A stretch of 64,000 nt of DNA, taken from Chiloscyllium plagiosum. Its lineage: Eukaryota. Under the pieces are notes generated by a model. That model did no database searches. It was given only the letters and a program-made list of their open reading frames with translations, and had not been told where the DNA came from. The translations under genes and the position numbers were made by a program. The stretch covers positions 90,056,837-90,120,836 of the forward strand of contig NC_057718.1 of assembly GCF_004010195.1 (NCBI RefSeq), given 5' to 3'. The number at the start of each line of letters is the position of its first letter. Position 1 is the stretch's first letter. Shown one piece after another: positions 60,296 to 64,000 of this stretch.

Positions 60296-62809
60296 ACACT
60301 CTGAATAAAACCATTTCTCTTCACCTTCAGCCTACATGGTGTCTCCCTTATTTTTAAATTGTGCCCCTTGATTCAAGACTTTCCAATCAGGGGCTACATG
60401 TTTCCTTCATCTAATCTGTATATAGGGATGGATCCTAGGAAACAAAGGAGTATCTCTTTGAAGAGATGGTGACTGATCTCCTTCAGCAGTCCCAGACAGA
60501 GGCCTGGGGTGGTACATGCTTGGGACCTCTTCAGTAGCACAAGCATTGAGCACACCATCCAGATTTGATCCACAGTCTACCCTCCAATATCCTTCTGTAA
60601 GGGGTTCTAGCTCCAGATGGTGGTCCCCTCTGATCTCCATATCATACTCCTCCAGAGAATTGCAGATGTCGAGGATGGTGGGAATCGTGGAAGGAGAGAG
60701 CCAATAGGGGAGGAGCAGGAGGTGAGGGAAGAGGAGGCGGAGGGAGGAGGTGCCCCCCCCCCCTCCTGCCACCCTCTGGGAGGGGCTCCCCTGTTCCCCT
60801 ACCCCTGCCCCCGGTGTCAGTCCTCAGGCCCCTCTCTCACACACAAGTCCTTGGCGTGATCTGCTGGATTTCCCTCAGGACCAACAGCAGCCTCAGTGAT
60901 ATCTAAGCGATCCTGCGACTGACCCTGGCCCTCCACTGGCTCAAAGTGGACAAGGAATCTGTCTCCATAGCAAATGAGGAGAGTACCCATTTTAAAAAAA
61001 ATGTGCTTGAATTCCACACAAGGGGTGGATCCTGTCCCCGGTTCTGCTTCCTGCTTCTCTCTCAGGTGAAAATCCAGCCTTATATGTGTCAGGCCAGGAT
61101 AGGCCTGGTGTACAACTTCACTTACAGAACAGCCTACGTGCATTTACCTAGCACCTTTAATCCAGCAAAGAGGTGCTTCACGGGAGTATTGTTAAACTAA
61201 ATATGGCTCCTCGCCACTTCCAGAGACACGAGTACAGAACCAGGTGAGAGGTAAGTCATCTTAAAGGCAAGAGAAAGGTGGAGACTTTTAGATAGAGAAT
61301 TTCAGAGACTTGGCAGTTCTCAGCAGCGGTGGAGTATGTAGAATGTGCAAAAGGTTTTGAATTGGAGGAGCGCCAAATTTTTGTGGGGCTGGAGGTGGTT
61401 CCAGAGATAGGGAGGGATTCGAAGACAATGATGAGGATTTTAAACAAAGCAGAACAGGAACTCCGCATCTATGGAGAGGAAGCAGAGTTAACCCCTTTCG
61501 AGGATCACAGGACTGAAAATGTTAAGTTTGCTTCTTTCTCTGGCGATGCTGTCAGACCTGTTGAGTTTCTCCAGCTCTTTCTGTTTTGTTGTGTTTAAGA
61601 TCTCCAATGCCCACAGTTCTTTTTTCCATGCTTTGTGAGGATTTTAAGTTGTAAATGTTGCTGCACAGGGAGCCATGTGGGATATAGAGCAGGGAGGGGT
61701 GCTGGGTGAACGGAACTCAATGTAAGTTGAGCAGCACACTAAGGTTCACACATGGATAGTGTGTCGCCTGGGCAAAGTTTACAACCCAAGCAGAAACAAA
61801 GAGGAGCGTAGAAAAGGGAAGTGCAAAATAACTCCAGAGAGGCTGGTATCCTGTCACCAAGTCACCCTTTATGTATGAATGAACAGTCCTTCACGTTAGT
61901 ACTGCCTCATACTGAGTGTTAGTATCCCTGACACACAACCTTTCTGTGTCAGCCAGGGCTCCCTGATTGGAGCTGTTGGTCTGGTCCAATCAGGGAACTC
62001 GTATTCTGTGCAGTAAAACTGGCTGACCTCATTGCAATCACTACAGAGATAAAGAAACCAATCTCAGCCCAAAACTTTCCTTTCAAATGTCAGAGATGGG
62101 GGGGAAGGGTGCGTGCCGTAAAAAGTAACTGGGGAAGGTATCAGCAGAAGTGAACCTCATCGATAAAGTGTCTCTTTAGTCAGGTCTTTCCCTTTCAAAC
62201 TCTGCCCCACAGTGAGCATTTCTCTTTCAGCTCAGTGTTACAGCCAACATGCTCCTCCGGTACCATATCGTTTATTTATTTATTTTCAACTCCCAGCGTC
62301 CTAATTACATGGCAGTCTTTCATGTTAATGCCACACATTTGTGTGGCAAGTATTTGAGAGACACAGTATTGGGTTGCCAATGAGCTGTGCAGTGTGGGTT
62401 TGTGCCAGGATATAGCAGCTTGTGACATTATGTACCCATTAGCAGGCTTTAACTATAATGAATGTTCTGTTAGACCAGGGAAATGTAATACACACAGAGA
62501 ACTACCAACCTGCTGGGTTATTCGACCGATAGGTTTCCCTTCCTCACCTCACTACATCGCTCCTTGAATTAATATAATTTATCCTGAATTGAATATTTGA
62601 ATGATACTTCATCTGCAACTACTGGAGAGCAATGATTGCCCAATGTTATGAGATTTTTGTCATGTCGATGAACAATTATTTGTGTGATTTCCCTCTCCTG
62701 CTTCCCCAAGAAGGCATTGCTTCATTACTGGCAGTTCCACAGACTCTAGTCACCCTCTAGTACTTCCCCTGCAATGATGAGCGTGATAGAGGTGGTCAGA
62801 TAAGCTTTT

Positions 62810-63195
62810 AGTTTTTTTAACTTCACTCGTGGGGTGTGGGGTTTGATGACTGGACCAACACTTATGTCTGACCCTAGCTGCCCATGAGAGGGTGGTGGTG
62901 AACTGCTATCTTGAATAGCTGCAATCCATGTGCTGTAAGTGCACCCAAAATGCCCTCAGGTAAGGAATCCTAGGATTTTGACCCAGGCATAGTAAAGGAA
63001 CAGTGATATATTTCCAAGTCAGGATGGTGTGTGGCTTGGAGGGGAACTTGCAGGTCATGGTGTTCCCATGTATCTGCTGCTCTTGTCCTTCTGGTGAATG
63101 TGTGTTTGTTTAAGGAGCTTTGTGTATTATGGAAGTACATCTTTTAGGTATTACACACTTCTCTTATTGAGCGTTGGTGGTGGAATGACTGAGTG
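62810..63195 (-). mobile_element. 3' end of the second LINE family
   Basis: Homologous to 27760-28230. Confidence 0.7.
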
Positions 63196-63504
63196 TTCAT
63201 GGCTACACTGCAGTTTCTTCTCAGGAGTGCATAGTTCTGCCTCACACAACATCCACACGAGCACACTTGCCGATTTTCAACGGAAAGCGAATGTGGGACG
63301 GGATCTCTGGCTAATTGTCCTCTTTCTCACCTAGTGCCTTTTGTGGCCATTTGTCCAATCCCCAATGAGACCAACCAACTCAACATAGACTGAAGCTTGA
63401 GCCTGGCTGTTGGTGACATTGGTAAGTCTGGTCGCTCAACAGCTGAATGCCTTGTGAGGACAGAGGGATAGCGAAGGGGGACAAAACACTATACAATTTT
63501 CTTT

Positions 63505-64000
63505 AACAACATGCTTGCTTTCATTTGTTGTAACATTGAGTATAGGTATTGGGACTTAATGTTGCGGCTGGAGAGAACATTGGTGAGGCCACTTTGGAAT
63601 ATTGCGTACAATTCTGATTCCCCTGCTACAGGAAAGCTGTTGTGAAACTTGAAAGGGTTCAGAAAAGATTTTTAAGGATGTTGCTAAGGTTGGACGGTTT
63701 GAGCTCCAGGGAGAGGCTGAACGGGCTGGGGCTGTTTTCCCTGGAGCATCGGAGGCTGAGGGGTGACCTTAGAGAGAGGTTTATAAAATCATGAGGGACA
63801 TGGATAGGGTGAACAGACAAGGCCTTTTTCCCTGGGGTGGGGGAGTCCAAAACTAGAAGGCATAGGTTTAGAGTGAGAGGGGAAAGATTTAAAAATGACC
63901 TTGGGGCCAACTCTTTCACACAGAGGGTGATGAGTGTATAGAATGAGCTGCCAGAGGAATTGGTGGAGGCTGGTACAATCACAACATCTAAAAGGCATCT
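63505..64000 (+). mobile_element. CR1/HER1 fragment running off the window
   Basis: Homologous to 52875-53560. Confidence 0.88.

Noticed and set aside
16945..64000. DTD1 C-terminal exon (LSKLEKQQQRKEK-like) and, upstream, exon 1 (MKAVVQRV-like)
   Set aside because: Not found by eye. They probably lie outside the window, although I cannot exclude having missed a diverged exon.

Overview
Eukaryotic, repeat-dense genomic DNA from an elasmobranch, most likely a shark. This assignment rests on HE1 V-SINEs and their HER1/CR1 partner LINEs. The only host gene I can support is DTD1 (D-aminoacyl-tRNA deacylase 1) on the + strand: three internal coding exons (9334-9424, 12124-12359, 16847-16944) splice in frame with canonical AG/GT sites. 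The first coding exon and the C-terminal exon were not found, so the rest of the window is probably intron. A 993-nt assembly gap lies at 30228-31220. The introns are a nested pile of retroelements: HE1 SINEs, CR1/HER1, Rex1, a Tx1/L1-like fragment, a decayed Gypsy LTR element and several Penelope-like element (PLE) families. The most striking signal is that at least four PLE families with unrelated flanks each carry a minimal type-I hammerhead ribozyme core (CUGANGA-stem II-GAAA-NN-UH). Many occur as short (100-420 bp) asymmetric palindromes with ribozyme cores on opposite strands, a 33-40 nt unpaired tail and 12-16 bp target-site duplications (TSDs). Repeat boundaries are read by eye and are approximate unless a TSD is quoted. 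Family names come from recognition, not database searches.
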